Source of the DNA: Pristiophorus japonicus
Lineage: Eukaryota
Direction of reading: 5' to 3'
Assembly (NCBI RefSeq): GCF_044704955.1
Contig: NC_091997.1
Location: 16,554,001 to 16,618,000, forward strand
DNA length: 64,000 nucleotides
The first letter of the stretch is position 1. Each line of letters starts with the position of its first letter. This document shows, piece by piece, positions 12,076-23,570 of this stretch. The translations under genes and the position numbers were made by a program. The notes under the pieces are model-generated. The model did not search any database. It was not told the origin of the DNA and saw nothing but the letters and a program-made list of their open reading frames with translations.

Positions 12076-14659
12076 AAAGAAGGGCAGTGTCATTCTCCTG
12101 GTATCCTGGTCAATATTTATCCCACAACCAATACCAATGGCTTTGCTCTGATACCTGGACAAGCACTCCTGAACCTCCAGGACTCACATAGGGAAGTTTT
12201 AAACATCCCTCAGAGGGCCTCTTCTGTCTGCAGACCAACGGCAGCTTCCTCGCTAAAGCCCGAGTTAAAATGCAACCAGTGTCTTATTGATGTAGTAGGA
12301 CCCCAATTTGCATAAATTCATGAGGCTCCCATCTGCTTTAGGTGGACACCTCATCTGCCTGCAGAACCTTACAGTTTAAAATCAGAAATCCTGGGATGGG
12401 CTGAGTTCTGAGGGGTACATAATCTGCTCGTTTTTAACAGCCCAAACCATATGCTTAAAATCGACCATTTTTCCCAGTCAATTTATGAGCAGCTTTAATC
12501 AATAGGTACAAGTGAAATATAACAATGAACAATCAAGCCAGATTTTCTGGTCCATTCCTCTTCCTAACTGATATTTCATTTCATTCTCCCTTCCCAACCA
12601 GCCCTGCCCCCACCATCCTGGTATGTTTTGACCAAGGTTGTTTGATGACACCCACAATTAGAAATTAGAAAGTGGTTTTATTTGTGGCTGGGATTCGAGC
12701 CACAATGATTTGGTTTGGAGTCTGCACTTTACCATTACAGCTACAGGATCAGAAAGGCACAACTAAAAACATATTAGAATGGTTAAATTATGGATTCAAA
12801 CAACAGGTAAGACAGCTTAAACTGATATAGTACAAAAGTTCAACCAGAAAAAAAAACAATCATCAATAAATTCCCTCTGAAAGAGGGTAAGTGAACTTAA
12901 TAATATAAGGAAATCAATTCGTTGACTATAATTTCAAAGTTATTCCTGCCTTCAAGATACTTTTGACCTACTGCTTCTAACTGTCATCAGCTGTATCAAT
13001 ATTCAGTTGGCTGGATGGCAAATAATTATGCTTTTCATTTTATAGCTGTATTCTGTGTGAATGTTTCCATTTATTGGCCAGTAGACGAAGTGTTGACTTG
13101 TCCATTAATGGTTTCCCTTTGATCAGGGTCGAGCCAAAAACCCATTACCAAGACCTCGTTTGACAGCTTGTAAATGGAATGCCAAACCACAGAGTGCAGC
13201 TGCCTCACTGCACTGACTATTGATGCACTGATTGTGATCCAAAGTATTAGGTCACAAACATCCCCAACAATTTAATTGTTTACAAATTGTGGTTGCAGAA
13301 ATAATGGCAACATTTGAAATAAAGCAGCGCGACTCGTTTAACGATGTTGCAGGAAACTAGTTTAAGAAATTTGACCAAAAATGCAATAACTGTTGAGATT
13401 GGCTTTTCCCTCTCAGAAATGGATGTAGTTGACCAATTTGCTGATGTCTATATCGTTAAGGTGATGGTTACAGTAAAATACACAGACCAGAGTGTGTTCA
13501 AAGGCAGTTATTGAGGGATTCAGATGAATTATATACCACAATATCAAAGTCCGAGTTTATCATCGGCATCTGAACCCTGTGATGTATTATTCATTGAAAT
13601 GTACTCCAGCCTACATTATACCATTCAACATATACCATTCATGAAAGGTGTGTGGTACGATTGACAGTGACGGATGGCAAACTCCCAAATTAAATTCATG
13701 ATTTAATCGGAAGCAATGTGGCACCATGCGATTTGAAGTGCAAAGGTTGTCATGTTTTATTCATGGGGAATTGAAAACTCTGTATATGTGACATATTGAT
13801 ATACAGTAGATTAGTATAGATATGCAGAGACATATTGGCATAATGCCCAGTCATTGTAAAGGGAATGGAACAGGCAAGACATATTTCCCAGAGCCTATTA
13901 GTATAGAGGTATGATATGCAAGTTTGCTGAGTAACTGCAGATGGAGGGACACTGCCACAAGATTTGTAATTGCACCACCAGGAAGTGGGCGGCCAATCAT
14001 CACCCAGCACTTTTCCTGGAATATGTAATGTGATGTAGTCCACACATACCGAGTGGTACTGTACACAAGGGGCCCAACTCTGGAGCTCTTCCATTGCACA
14101 GCATTGCCACTCGGGCAGGGCTGGAATGACTGAGCGACATCACACGCATGTGTGCCACTGCCCTGGCGGTGGTGTTAATATAAACTCCGTTTATTTATTG
14201 CTATTACTTGTGGCAGTCTGGTCAACAAGAGTTTAGGTGCAAGCATTTTTAAGTGAAAGTAGCAATGCTGTAATGATTTCTAAAGCTGCAGGATAAGTTA
14301 ATTACTAAAACCATTTTGAAAGGTTAAATAACAGCTCCAATGTTATTACACCTACTCAACACTCCATGGGTGTCTGTTCAGTAGTCAGAGTAGAAATTTT
14401 CTCCATAGTGCAGACAGATAGGAAAGAATTACTATTCCTCTCACAATGAATATACCACTGCAAAATTCCTGTACAGCGCCAGGCTGCATAAAGAGCCTAA
14501 ATAAATGCAGAGGGTGAAGTATTTTTATTGTCGTAAAAAATTTAACACCAAGACATTTTGTTGCAAAAAAAATCACTGCATTGTATAACAATCATAGTGA
14601 GCTAGAAATTATTGCAAAGTTCTAATAGCATTCACACATAAACAAGGACATACAGGTCT

Positions 14660-15055
14660 CTTTTATCTTGAAAAAAGAAGGTTGAGAGGTGACCGAATAG
14701 AGGTCTTTAAAATTATTAAAGGTTTTGATAGATATAGAGAGAATGTTTCCACGTGTGGGGAAGAGCATAACTAGAGGCCATCAATATCAGATAGTCACCA
14801 AGAAATCCACAAGGGAATTCAGAAGAAAATTATTTACCCAGAGAGTGCTAAGAATGTGGAACTCGCTACCACAGGGAGTGGTTGAAGCGAATGGTGTTTA
14901 AGGGGAGGCTAGACAAGCATATGAGGAAGAAGGGAATAGAGGATTATGCTGATAGATTTAGATGAGGAAAGACAGGAGGAGGTTCGAGAGAAGCATAAAC
15001 AGCGGTATGGACTGGTTAGGTCGAATGGTCTGTTTCTGTGCCGTATATCCTATGT
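14660..15055 (+). mobile_element. CR1 3' fragment
   Basis: Degenerate RRLRGD..EVFKI...FTQRV..MWNSLP coding end plus CR1-type 3' UTR. Confidence 0.75.
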
Positions 15056-15622
15056 AAAAATACATGGGTCAATATCACTGAGAATTTTTCTGGAAAAGTA
15101 GATCAAAAAACAAATAAAGTGAATTGGCCTGCGGCAATAGGAATTTACCTGGTCCTGTGAGCATTCTAAAGGTTACTGAATGGAATAAATATACACTCAG
15201 CATTATAAATACTGACTTAGTTAAGATGTCCCAAAGGGAACTAACCAGGTGCTTCGGTAGGGAGCTGAGAAAATTGGGTTTGAGGTAATAGCAATCAAAA
15301 TTGATCAGTTTCAGATCCTCAAAGATGATCTAAATGTTAGAGAAGGAGTATGTGAATCTGCACTAAGGTTACACACTATTCGAGTCTGCTGGAAATATTG
15401 GGGCCGAAATTGCGTATCAGGGCATTAACTTTTCTGAGGCCGGACATTCCGCGCACGGCACAGAACTCCCACCCCTGAAGCGAAATTGGACTTACTGCCC
15501 CTGACAGGAAATGGATGCAATGTTGACGCTCCATGTCCTCTCGGGGGCGCTACCCGGGCGAACGTTGGTGCACTACGCGCTCTCCACTTAGCGCTGACGC
15601 GTTTCGCAGGCCGTCCCATTCC

Positions 15623-16358
15623 GGAAAAGGGGAGGTGCAACGAGACCTGGGTGTCATGGTACATCAGTCATTGAAAGTTGGCATGCAGGTACAGCAGGCG
15701 GTGAAGAAGGTAAATGGTATGTTAGCCTTCATAGCTAGGGGATTTGAGAATAGGAGCAGGGAGGTCTTACTGCAGTTGTACAGGGCCTTGGTGAGACCCC
15801 ACCTGGAATATTGTGTTCAGTTTTGGTCTCCTAATCTGAGGAAGGGCGTTCTTGCTATTGAGGGAGTGCAGCGAAGGTTCACCAGACTGATTCTGGACTG
15901 GCTGGACTGACATATGAGGAGAGACTGGATCGACTGGGCCTTTATTCACTGGAGTTTAGAAGGATGAGAGGGGATCTCATGGAAACATATAAAATTCTGA
16001 CGGGACTGGACAGGTTAGATGCAGGTAGAATGTTCCCGATGTTGGGGAAGTCCAGAACCAGGGGACATAGTCTAAGGATAAGGGGTAAGCCATTTAGGAC
16101 TGAGAAGAGGAGAAACTTCTTCACCCAGATAGTTGTTAACCTGTGGAATTCCCTACTGCAGAGAGGTGTTGATGCCAGTTCATTGGATATATTCAAGAGG
16201 GAGTTAGATATGGCCCTTATGACTAAATGGATCAAGGGGTATGGAGAAAAAGCAGGAAAGGGGTACTGAGGTGAATGATCAGCCATGGTCTTATTGAATG
16301 GTGGTGTAGGCGCGAAGGGCTGAATGACCTACTCCTGCACCTATTTTCTATGTTTCTG
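15623..16358 (+). mobile_element. CR1 3' fragment
   Basis: ORFs 15533-15910 and 15964-16269 (QRDLGVMVH...LVRPHLEYCVQFWSP; MRGDLMETYKIL) and a TTTCTATG tail. Confidence 0.9.
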
Positions 16359-16667
16359 TGTAAAGGGGAGGGAAGCTGCGAGCTGTGCATTGCTATTGAT
16401 GGGCCTCCACTCAGCCACCGTGGATGCGGGGTGCCTTGGCTGCAGCCCGGCACCGAAATGGAGTGCCGGGCTGCACAATCGCAAAATCGGTAGAGAAAGG
16501 CCCGACCGATAAGTCAGCCAAAATTAAAGTTGCTGCGCGGTGCCGCGCACCTCCCCTTTAAGTTTCGCCCCGCGAACGGAGTGCGGCCCGGTTCACGACC
16601 CGTGAGGCTGGGGCTGACATCGCCTGCGGCAGCCTTTTGCGGCAATACCCAATTTCTGCCATGAGGC

Positions 16668-17262
16668 TGTAGAGGGGAGAACGGGAAGGCTTCTTTTCCC
16701 ACGAGCGGGCCCACTGATATAGAGGGTCGACGCTCGCCCTAGCCCACGTAGCAATTCTCGAAGTTAGCAGACAGAAACGGAAGGCAAAGTATAACGATCT
16801 TTATTACGAACGTCTGGGAACACCTCTCATCCCAGCCGCCTGTGAGTGGAAATGCTCTCCGAACAGCACAATCATACAACTTTTATACATTTCAAAAACC
16901 CCTCCGTTCCCTTCCTAGATCTCTAATTGGACTACCTTATCGGTACTACTTTGGATTGACAGGCCAAGACCCTCGTGACCACCTTAGGCCGTGACTGGAA
17001 TGACTTCATTAGGTCAGAATTTGTTGATTCTCCTTGATGCCCGTGAGTCTGCCTCAATCTCTTCGCAAGGTCTTATCAATGTCTGTTTAGGTTCTCACAT
17101 TGTATCCTGTCGGAATATTATTGAATGAATAACTTCTGGAGCCTTGGTACTGGAATATACAAGGCCAAAGAGAGGCCTTTTCCCTCCTTATGGGTCGGTG
17201 CAGGAACCAGCACTTTAACCCTTGTCCATCTGGTACCCCTAATGCCAAATTTTTCTCTTACA
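16668..17262 (-). repeat. ERV 3' LTR (595 bp)
   Basis: Direct repeat of 21340-21975; preceded on - strand by the PPT AAAAGGGGGGAAA (about 17263-17275). Confidence 0.92.
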
Positions 17263-17446
17263 TTTCCCCCCTTTTGGCCCTTGGCTATACGCCAAGCTGG
17301 CCATATTCCCCGATAATTATCTCCCTGTAGGCAAGTTCCAGATAGGTCCGTTCACCTGGGTGGCCATCTCCCAAGCTTCGGGGCCTCCTGAGACCTTTTC
17401 CGCAGAGTTATATAAAGTAAGTCCTTCCTGTAGGACTGCTTAAATT

Positions 17447-17930
17447 TTGGATCCCAAACAGCATACTTAACAATGAATAACACGTGCGAGGTACGAAGGA
17501 ATAGTCACGTATGGGTGCCAAAATTCAGCGATTGTTTCAGAATCGTGTTTGAGAGGAGTGATACTCAGCATGCATCCGTTTGTTTGGTGGAATCTGCAAT
17601 CATCATTCGACATTCGTGGTGGCGTACCTCGACATAAAATCACTTGGTTATTTTTATAGCAATCGGTTATGTCAATGCCTTTCGTACTAATTTAATTGTA
17701 ATCACCGTCTGGCAGGCTGATGGTAATGCAACCGAGTTTGGTTTCTTATCGATATTATCGATCTGGTATAAAGGGGTCTCCCTTGGTTACATCATACTGT
17801 GGTATGGACAACACAAATCCGATCATATTCACCCGCCCAGTAATACATCTGAATTTTGGCACCCATGCGTGACTATTCCTTCGTACCTCGCACGTGTTAT
17901 TCATTGTTAAGTATGCTGTTTAGGATCCAA
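17447..17930. repeat. 82-bp inverted repeat pair (17447-17528 and 17849-17930), 80/82 identical, 320-bp spacer
   Basis: Arm 1 TTGGATCCCAAACAGCATAC...GCCAAAATTCAG is the reverse complement of arm 2 CTGAATTTTGGC...GTTTAGGATCCAA, with 2 mismatches by manual comparison. Confidence 0.93.
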
Positions 17931-18333
17931 TGTCGTTCCCCATTGCGTGGATCAAATTTATTGTCTTGGCATGCTTCTGTAATGTATGGGCCACCTGTAA
18001 CAGTTCTTCTTCCGCGCCATCTCCCAACCACGCTTGTAGGGCTTGGTTATCCATGTCCCTCCCCAGTAAACCCCTCAAGATTTGCATTAAGTTGTTAACC
18101 CGGTCATCTATTGCATACAGGCCTATGGAATTCATTGTCGCAACCTCTGCCGCATAACCCGTGCCTGGTGTTTCCAGTATTCCCCTTTTTGTTCGACCTT
18201 GTCCTATTCCCTTTCTGACATTAAATCTCAGGGTAGTGGATTCCGGGCCTTCGAGGATCCGTTGTGTCAGGTTCTGGTATAGTTTCATTCCCACAGAAGT
18301 TAGGAAGAATGAGTAGTCACTGACGCACCCCAA
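17530..18333 (-). pseudogene. env: Degenerate env (class I fusion glycoprotein-like)
   Basis: RTKR|GILETPGTGYAAEVATMNSIGL (cleavage site and fusion peptide), a heptad-like segment, then across stops/frameshifts MIGFVLSIP, PLYQIDNI and GIDITDCYKNNQVILCR...DCRFHQTNGCMLSITP (Cys-rich). No transmembrane anchor seen. Confidence 0.75.
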
Positions 18334-18414
18334 ATTATATCCTTTCTTTAGATTCTTTCATTACTAGCCCCCCTTTGGCTCCAGTCTTTATGGACGGGCT
18401 TATGGGGGGACTTG

Positions 18415-19345
18415 CGTGGCTATGCTGGGAAGAGTTGTTGTCCCCAGGGTGGTTGTCGGGGCAGTGGTAGGGCTTCCTTTGGGCGTGTTTGGTGTCCCAG
18501 CCAGACCTTTATTTTCCAGAGACCTCCCTTGGTCTTCATTTTATCCCACTGACCAGTTTTCCTAAACATCCTGGGGTCCCACCCCCCTTTTTGCTCCGTT
18601 CTGTTCCCACCCTTCTGTTTCTCTTGCGGGGTGGATTTAGCTGCTTGTTTTGCAGCTGTGTCCGCCCAGGCATGAGCTTCTAGAACTGAAATTTCATCCA
18701 GTTGGATTTCTGCGCCCTTCCCCTTTTGGTCCTATGAACTTGCTCCTGTCCTCGGAATCTACTGGCGCCCATGGCATCGGCAGCCTGCTGCATTACAACC
18801 TTACTTAATACACTATATATAGCCATGCGTTAAAATAAGTTCTGTCCTTGCTCCAGCCCTTGGCTGCTGAGATGCATATTTCGTCAGTTAAATTAAACAA
18901 AGCCCCATAGTTCATGTAGTTGTGTCTTTCCTGCGTGTGCTATATCTCTCTGCAGTCCATCGGTATTATCCAGTGCTTGCGTGGGCCTTAAGGTTCCCAG
19001 TATCATGAATCTCCAGAGTCGAAGTAGCCGCTGTGGTCCCATCTCGGTGAGTGTTTTATCTGCAAATTTTAAACAGATCCTGGTCGTCACCAGGTGTTAG
19101 GTTCTGGTCTATTCATCTTTTATCCATGCATGTCGAGGTCACTCTGTGAAATCGGAGGTAAAGTTAGGTTGGGTTTGTGGACTCCACTTACCCACCATGG
19201 GGTACATTGGCTCTATTGCCATAGGTGACGGTGCTATGGCTGCGCACTGCACTATCCGTCTGGTCCCGTTTTTAAAAATCTCTTCCAGCTTATTTATCTT
19301 AGCTTTTAACTCTTGAATTTGTTTTGTTTGAGTATCTTTCTTTTA
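18415..19345 (-). pseudogene. Degenerate gag-like remnant of the ERV
   Basis: Broken frames QIQELKAKINKLEE...PMYPMVGKW, ORF 18893-19090, and EAHAWADTAAKQAAK...; assigned mainly by position between leader and env. Confidence 0.45.
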
Positions 19346-21319
19346 TTTGTATCAGGTGAGTATTATTACATAGGCTAGTTCTGATTTTATTTTTATTCTG
19401 ACTATCCCACCATTTCCTCTATCTGTCAGGTGAGTCTTTTTTAATCTATTAAGAAATCCAAATGAATAATAAAACAGTATAAAACAGCAATCAATGGAAA
19501 GGGTTAACTCCTTTACAGGTTTGTAAGAAGGCCTGATGTCATTACGTGACTTCGCGTAACCATCCGAAAAACATTTTTTTAAGTCTTTGTGCCTTCAAAA
19601 CTTGCTTAGAAATTAGGAATCCGTTAAAACAGCAGAAATCATTAGTAAAGCCATCATAATAAAAATCTTCTCATCAGGAAAGGCAGCATTTTAGATTAAA
19701 CTCCAATTTTTTCTTAACTTCTAATTCAAGTACTTGCCAAAGATTTTTTTTAAAATTGATTTAAAATGACACCACACATTTTTAATAGCTATTTTGTTTA
19801 CTGAAACCCAATTTTAAAATTCAGCAAGATTTTATAATTCCCAGTTTTTTTCTTTCTGTGCTGAGTTCGCATAGCTTAGATCTTTTCTCCTCGTTATTTT
19901 CAAAACCCTCCTGCTTGTTAAGACTGTTCAGGACTTTTCTTGATAAATAACGACCATTTTGGAAATCTTTCAAATTGCAGTGAAACTTTCTCATAACTTA
20001 AAATCATTATCAATGGAGAGTGTCTTTTACCTCTTCAAATTCCTTTTTTTTCCCAATTAAACCAATATCTTTTTCACAGCCGATATCAACTAATATTTAG
20101 TAAGTTATGTCCTTTTCCATCGCAAACACCCCTTTTTTTTCAGCACCTATTTGGTATGTTACGTCTTTTTTTTTCAGATCTCCTTTCTTCAAATTAGGTT
20201 TTGTATTTTACACGGAGGGCTCATGACTCCATAAATTTGTTAATTTAAAATCATCAGACAATCGAAGACACTTTTTCTTTCAAATTCATTCAATTTGTTT
20301 TCTTTCAAAGTTGCGTCATTATCTTTATTTCTTTTCTCCATAACTAAAACGGAGTCTAGCACGTAGGCTTTGAGGGCTGCTTTTCGTTATCTCAAATTTC
20401 TCTTTTTTTTAAAGAGATCAGATTTAATTTAATATTTTTTTTTAGTTTGAATCCATCTCAGTATTTTGCTGTGCTTTCTCTTAATATCATCCGAATAAAT
20501 CCACACCTGCGTTTCTAACTTAAAACTTCCTACTTACAGGACAACAGTACAAAGGGTTAAAAAAAAACTTGCACTCTGTCTGAAAAAGTGAATGGAACTA
20601 AAACAAACAGACAGCTCCCCATTTTTCCAAACAGGCTTTCCGACACAGGAAAAATTCATTCCGCAGTCAAAAAATCACACAAGGACTCTCACTCAACGAC
20701 AGACATTCACAATAGTCTCTTTTTATTCAACAAAGCTTATTAATTGTTTGGCAGGCTCTATTTTTTTTGGATCCATATGTCAATTAAGATAGTCACAGTC
20801 AGCTTTTTTATGGCATTACGCATTTACGCAAGTTACAATTAATGATTGGTTTTATTTGCCTTTTTAATAGCCATGTTACCCATCTTCTTCGGGGCTATGA
20901 GGTTCTTGGGCACTCCCTTTAATTCGTGTTAGGTATGCAGGACGTTATTTATATCTATATGTCTTCCCTTGGCGCCGTACACTCGTACTGCCACGCTTTG
21001 GGTCAATATGTCTCGTCCCTGCACCGTGCGCTCGTACCACTTCGGGTCAATAGACCTTCCTCTATATCTTCCCTTGCGTTGTACCCTTGCACTGCTGTGC
21101 TACCTTCACGCGCGCGTTTTAGGATGCACCTTTTGATCCCCTTCCACCCCTAGATCGTCCCTGTCCTCCGTCTCCGTCCCTCCTGGACCTGCTACAAATG
21201 GTTCTTTGTACAGATGTCCTTCCCTTGCGGTTTGCAATGCCACAGCTCTAACTTGAAGGTGGTAAATTAAAACATACTCACCCCAACAGCTGGGTCATTG
21301 TTCCGTTCGGGAAGTCCGT

Positions 21320-21337
21320 ACCCTGCTCGCAGTGCCA
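21320..21337 (-). promoter_or_regulatory. ERV primer-binding site, tRNA-Ser-like
   Basis: TGGCACTGCGAGCAGGGT lies 2 nt from the 5' LTR end; 16/18 match to TGGCGCAGCGAGCAGGGT, the recalled complement of a vertebrate tRNA-Ser 3' end. Confidence 0.75.
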
Positions 21338-21339
21338 AA

Positions 21340-21975
21340 TGTAGAGGGGAGAACGGGAAGGCTTCCTTTCCCACGAGCGGGCCCACTGATATAGAGGGTC
21401 GACGCTCGCCCCAGCCCATGTAGCAATTCTCGAAGTTAGCAGACAGAGATGGATGGCAAAGTATAACGATCTTTATTCCGAACGTCCGGGAACACCTCTC
21501 ATCACAGCCGCCTGAGAGTGGAGATGCTCTCCGAACAGCACAATCATACAACTTTTATACATTTCAAAAACCCCTCCGTTCCCTGGCAAGACCTCCCTAG
21601 ATTTCTAATTGGACTACCTTATCAGTGCTATTTCTCTAATTGGACTACCGTATCAGTACTACTTCGGATTGACAGGCCAAGACCCTCGTGACCACCTTAG
21701 CCCGTGATTAGAATGACTTCATTTGGTCAGAATTTGTTGATTCTCCTTGATGCCCATGAGTCCGCCTCGAGCCTCTTTGCAAGGTCTTATCAATGTCTGT
21801 TTAGGTTCTCACATCGTATCCTGTCGGAATATTATTGAATTAATAACTTCTGGAGCCTTGGTACTGGAATATACAAGGCCAAAGAGAGGCCTTTCTCTCC
21901 TTATGGGTTGGTGCAGGAACCAGCACTTTAACCCTTGTCACGCTGGTACCCCTAATGCCAAATTTTTCTCTTACA
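21340..21975 (-). repeat. ERV 5' LTR (636 bp)
   Basis: Direct repeat of 16668-17262, longer partly because of a ~30-bp tandem duplication (TCTAATTGGACTACC..ATCAGT) near 21600-21660. Confidence 0.92.
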
Positions 21976-22669
21976 AGGCGAAAAGGGGTCACCGTTGACG
22001 GCGATGACGTCAGTGCCGGATGCGCAGCGGCCCGGGGCACTACCATTCTCGCGCCTCCGCTAACTCCTGAAAATTTGCCGGTAACGCCCCCTTTCTCCAG
22101 GCGAAAACACCCCCTCTCCAGAGGCACTAGTGGCAGGCGCACAACACAGGAATTTGGCCCAAATTATTTCTAATATATGAGGATAACATCATTAAGCGCT
22201 GCATATCCCTCTCTTTTTTGTAAAATAAGGTTACATTTGCCGTTTATATTGATTTTTATGACCAGCTATCAAATATGGATTTTGCAAACCTTCTTAAACC
22301 GATTTTTGCGTGAGAATTTTGCTAGTGGATAGGATCCATTTTTGACTGAATGCTTATGCTGCTCATACTACATTCCTTTGTGCATCTCAAAACTGTTTTA
22401 AAAAAAAATAAGTGTACAAAGCAATTTAATATGAATGCATTCAATATTTGTGTGGGTATAGTGCTGGTCTGAATACATACCCCAGTGACATAACGGGATG
22501 CAATATCTCAGTGCACTAACAGACTTGTTTTTTTTTGTGCTACTCCTACCCAAAAATGGATTTTAAAAATGAATGAAAAGCTAAAAAAGCAACTATTTTT
22601 TTGTTCACAGATAGACATGAATTACTCATGCAGCATTGCTCGAGAGTAATAAAAAGTAAATGTACCCTG

Positions 22670-22819
22670 AGTTCCAGAATTTGGCGAAAAAACCCCGCTA
22701 TCGCCGCTTAATAAAATGTTCGGATTTCGGAACATTTTCCGGATTCCGGACGACCCCTCCACGGATCAGCGCGATGTCCGGATTTTCGAACATTCCGGAT
22801 TTGAGAGGTCGAACCTGTA
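22670..22819. mobile_element. Possible Tc1/mariner-pogo type MITE end
   Basis: Several TCCGGA/CGGATTT motifs, ending in GAGAGGTCGAACCTG followed by TA; only one end visible. Confidence 0.45.
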
Positions 22820-23366
22820 CAACAACCTGACTACTGTACCCCAATGTAACTGGCAAATAGCTCTGTATATTGTTTTTTAAGTCATTTTATGTAATTTAAC
22901 ATCGGGGTACTCCTAGATGGTGGCTTGACACTGATTAAAAATGCTTATTTTTCATGATAAATTCTTTCAGTTGTATTAATCAAACTACACCAAGTTACCA
23001 CTCTTAAATATATCAAGAAATATGTTTTTAATGTAAAATTATTTTCTAAATTACGTTTCAAAACGTTCCCTGATTGCACAAGTTCATGGCAGATTTTGCG
23101 CTCGGCGACTTACAAATGAGTTTCAGCAGAAACTCGAGGGGAAAAAAATTCTCAACAGGTGCAATTTTGCGCGCAATTTGCGGTCGGATCGATGATTGTG
23201 CCCAAAGTGGAAACTCTACCCCAAGATTTTTAAATATCACTGTCAAAAAAATTCAGCCTCAGATCATGGGTGCAGTACTATTGTCGTTCAGCAGGTGAAT
23301 GAGGAAAAGATTGGCTGAGACAGCAGAGGGCATAGGAAGCACATGACTTGTAAAACAAATGACCTT

Positions 23367-23570
23367 AGGCAGTATATCTGCTACAGCCGACTCAGCTACC
23401 TGGACGGAACAGAGGAGCAGTGCAAGAGGAAGCTCAGGTTCAGCAGGGAGGCTGTGACTCACGTGACACACAAGACTTAAAGGGACATTTAACTATCCAT
23501 ACTGCACTACTTTTATGCCATAGAGCGCTCCCTCTCACCCACATTACAGAAGTCACACTTGCATCCATTG
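23367..23570 (+). pseudogene. Harbinger (HARBI1-like) transposase N-terminal remnant
   Basis: Reads RQYICYSRLSYLDGTEEQCKRKLRFSREAV...ALPLTHITEVTLA, matching the recalled pattern R.SYLDLSEEQC.RRLRFS.E.V...ALPV..KVT.AL. Confidence 0.6.

Larger units (their letters stand above)
16668..21975 (-). mobile_element. Endogenous retrovirus, non-autonomous (no recognisable pol), env resembling lokiretrovirus/F-type envelopes
   Basis: Paired TG...CA LTRs, 4-bp TSD AGGC (16664-16667 and 21976-21979), PBS next to the right LTR, PPT next to the left LTR, env remnant with RTKR furin site. Confidence 0.9.
15401..22160. mobile_element. GC-rich Harbinger-type MITE split by a CR1 fragment and the ERV
   Basis: Ends GGGCCGAAATT / AATTTGGCCC. 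Segments 16514-16667 and 21976-22160 match 40377-40806 in reverse orientation. Confidence 0.65.

Noticed and set aside
13078-13095. CCA GTA GAC GAA GTG = PVDEV, resembling the recalled human SAMD14 N-terminus (EPVDEVF)
   Set aside because: No phase-1 GT donor follows and I saw no suitable nearby in-frame ATG; treated as chance.
18630-18690. AWADTAAKQAA as an RNase H C-terminus (pol remnant) in the ERV
   Set aside because: Resembles N..AD.AAK.AA but no other RNase H, RT or integrase motifs are nearby; left unassigned.
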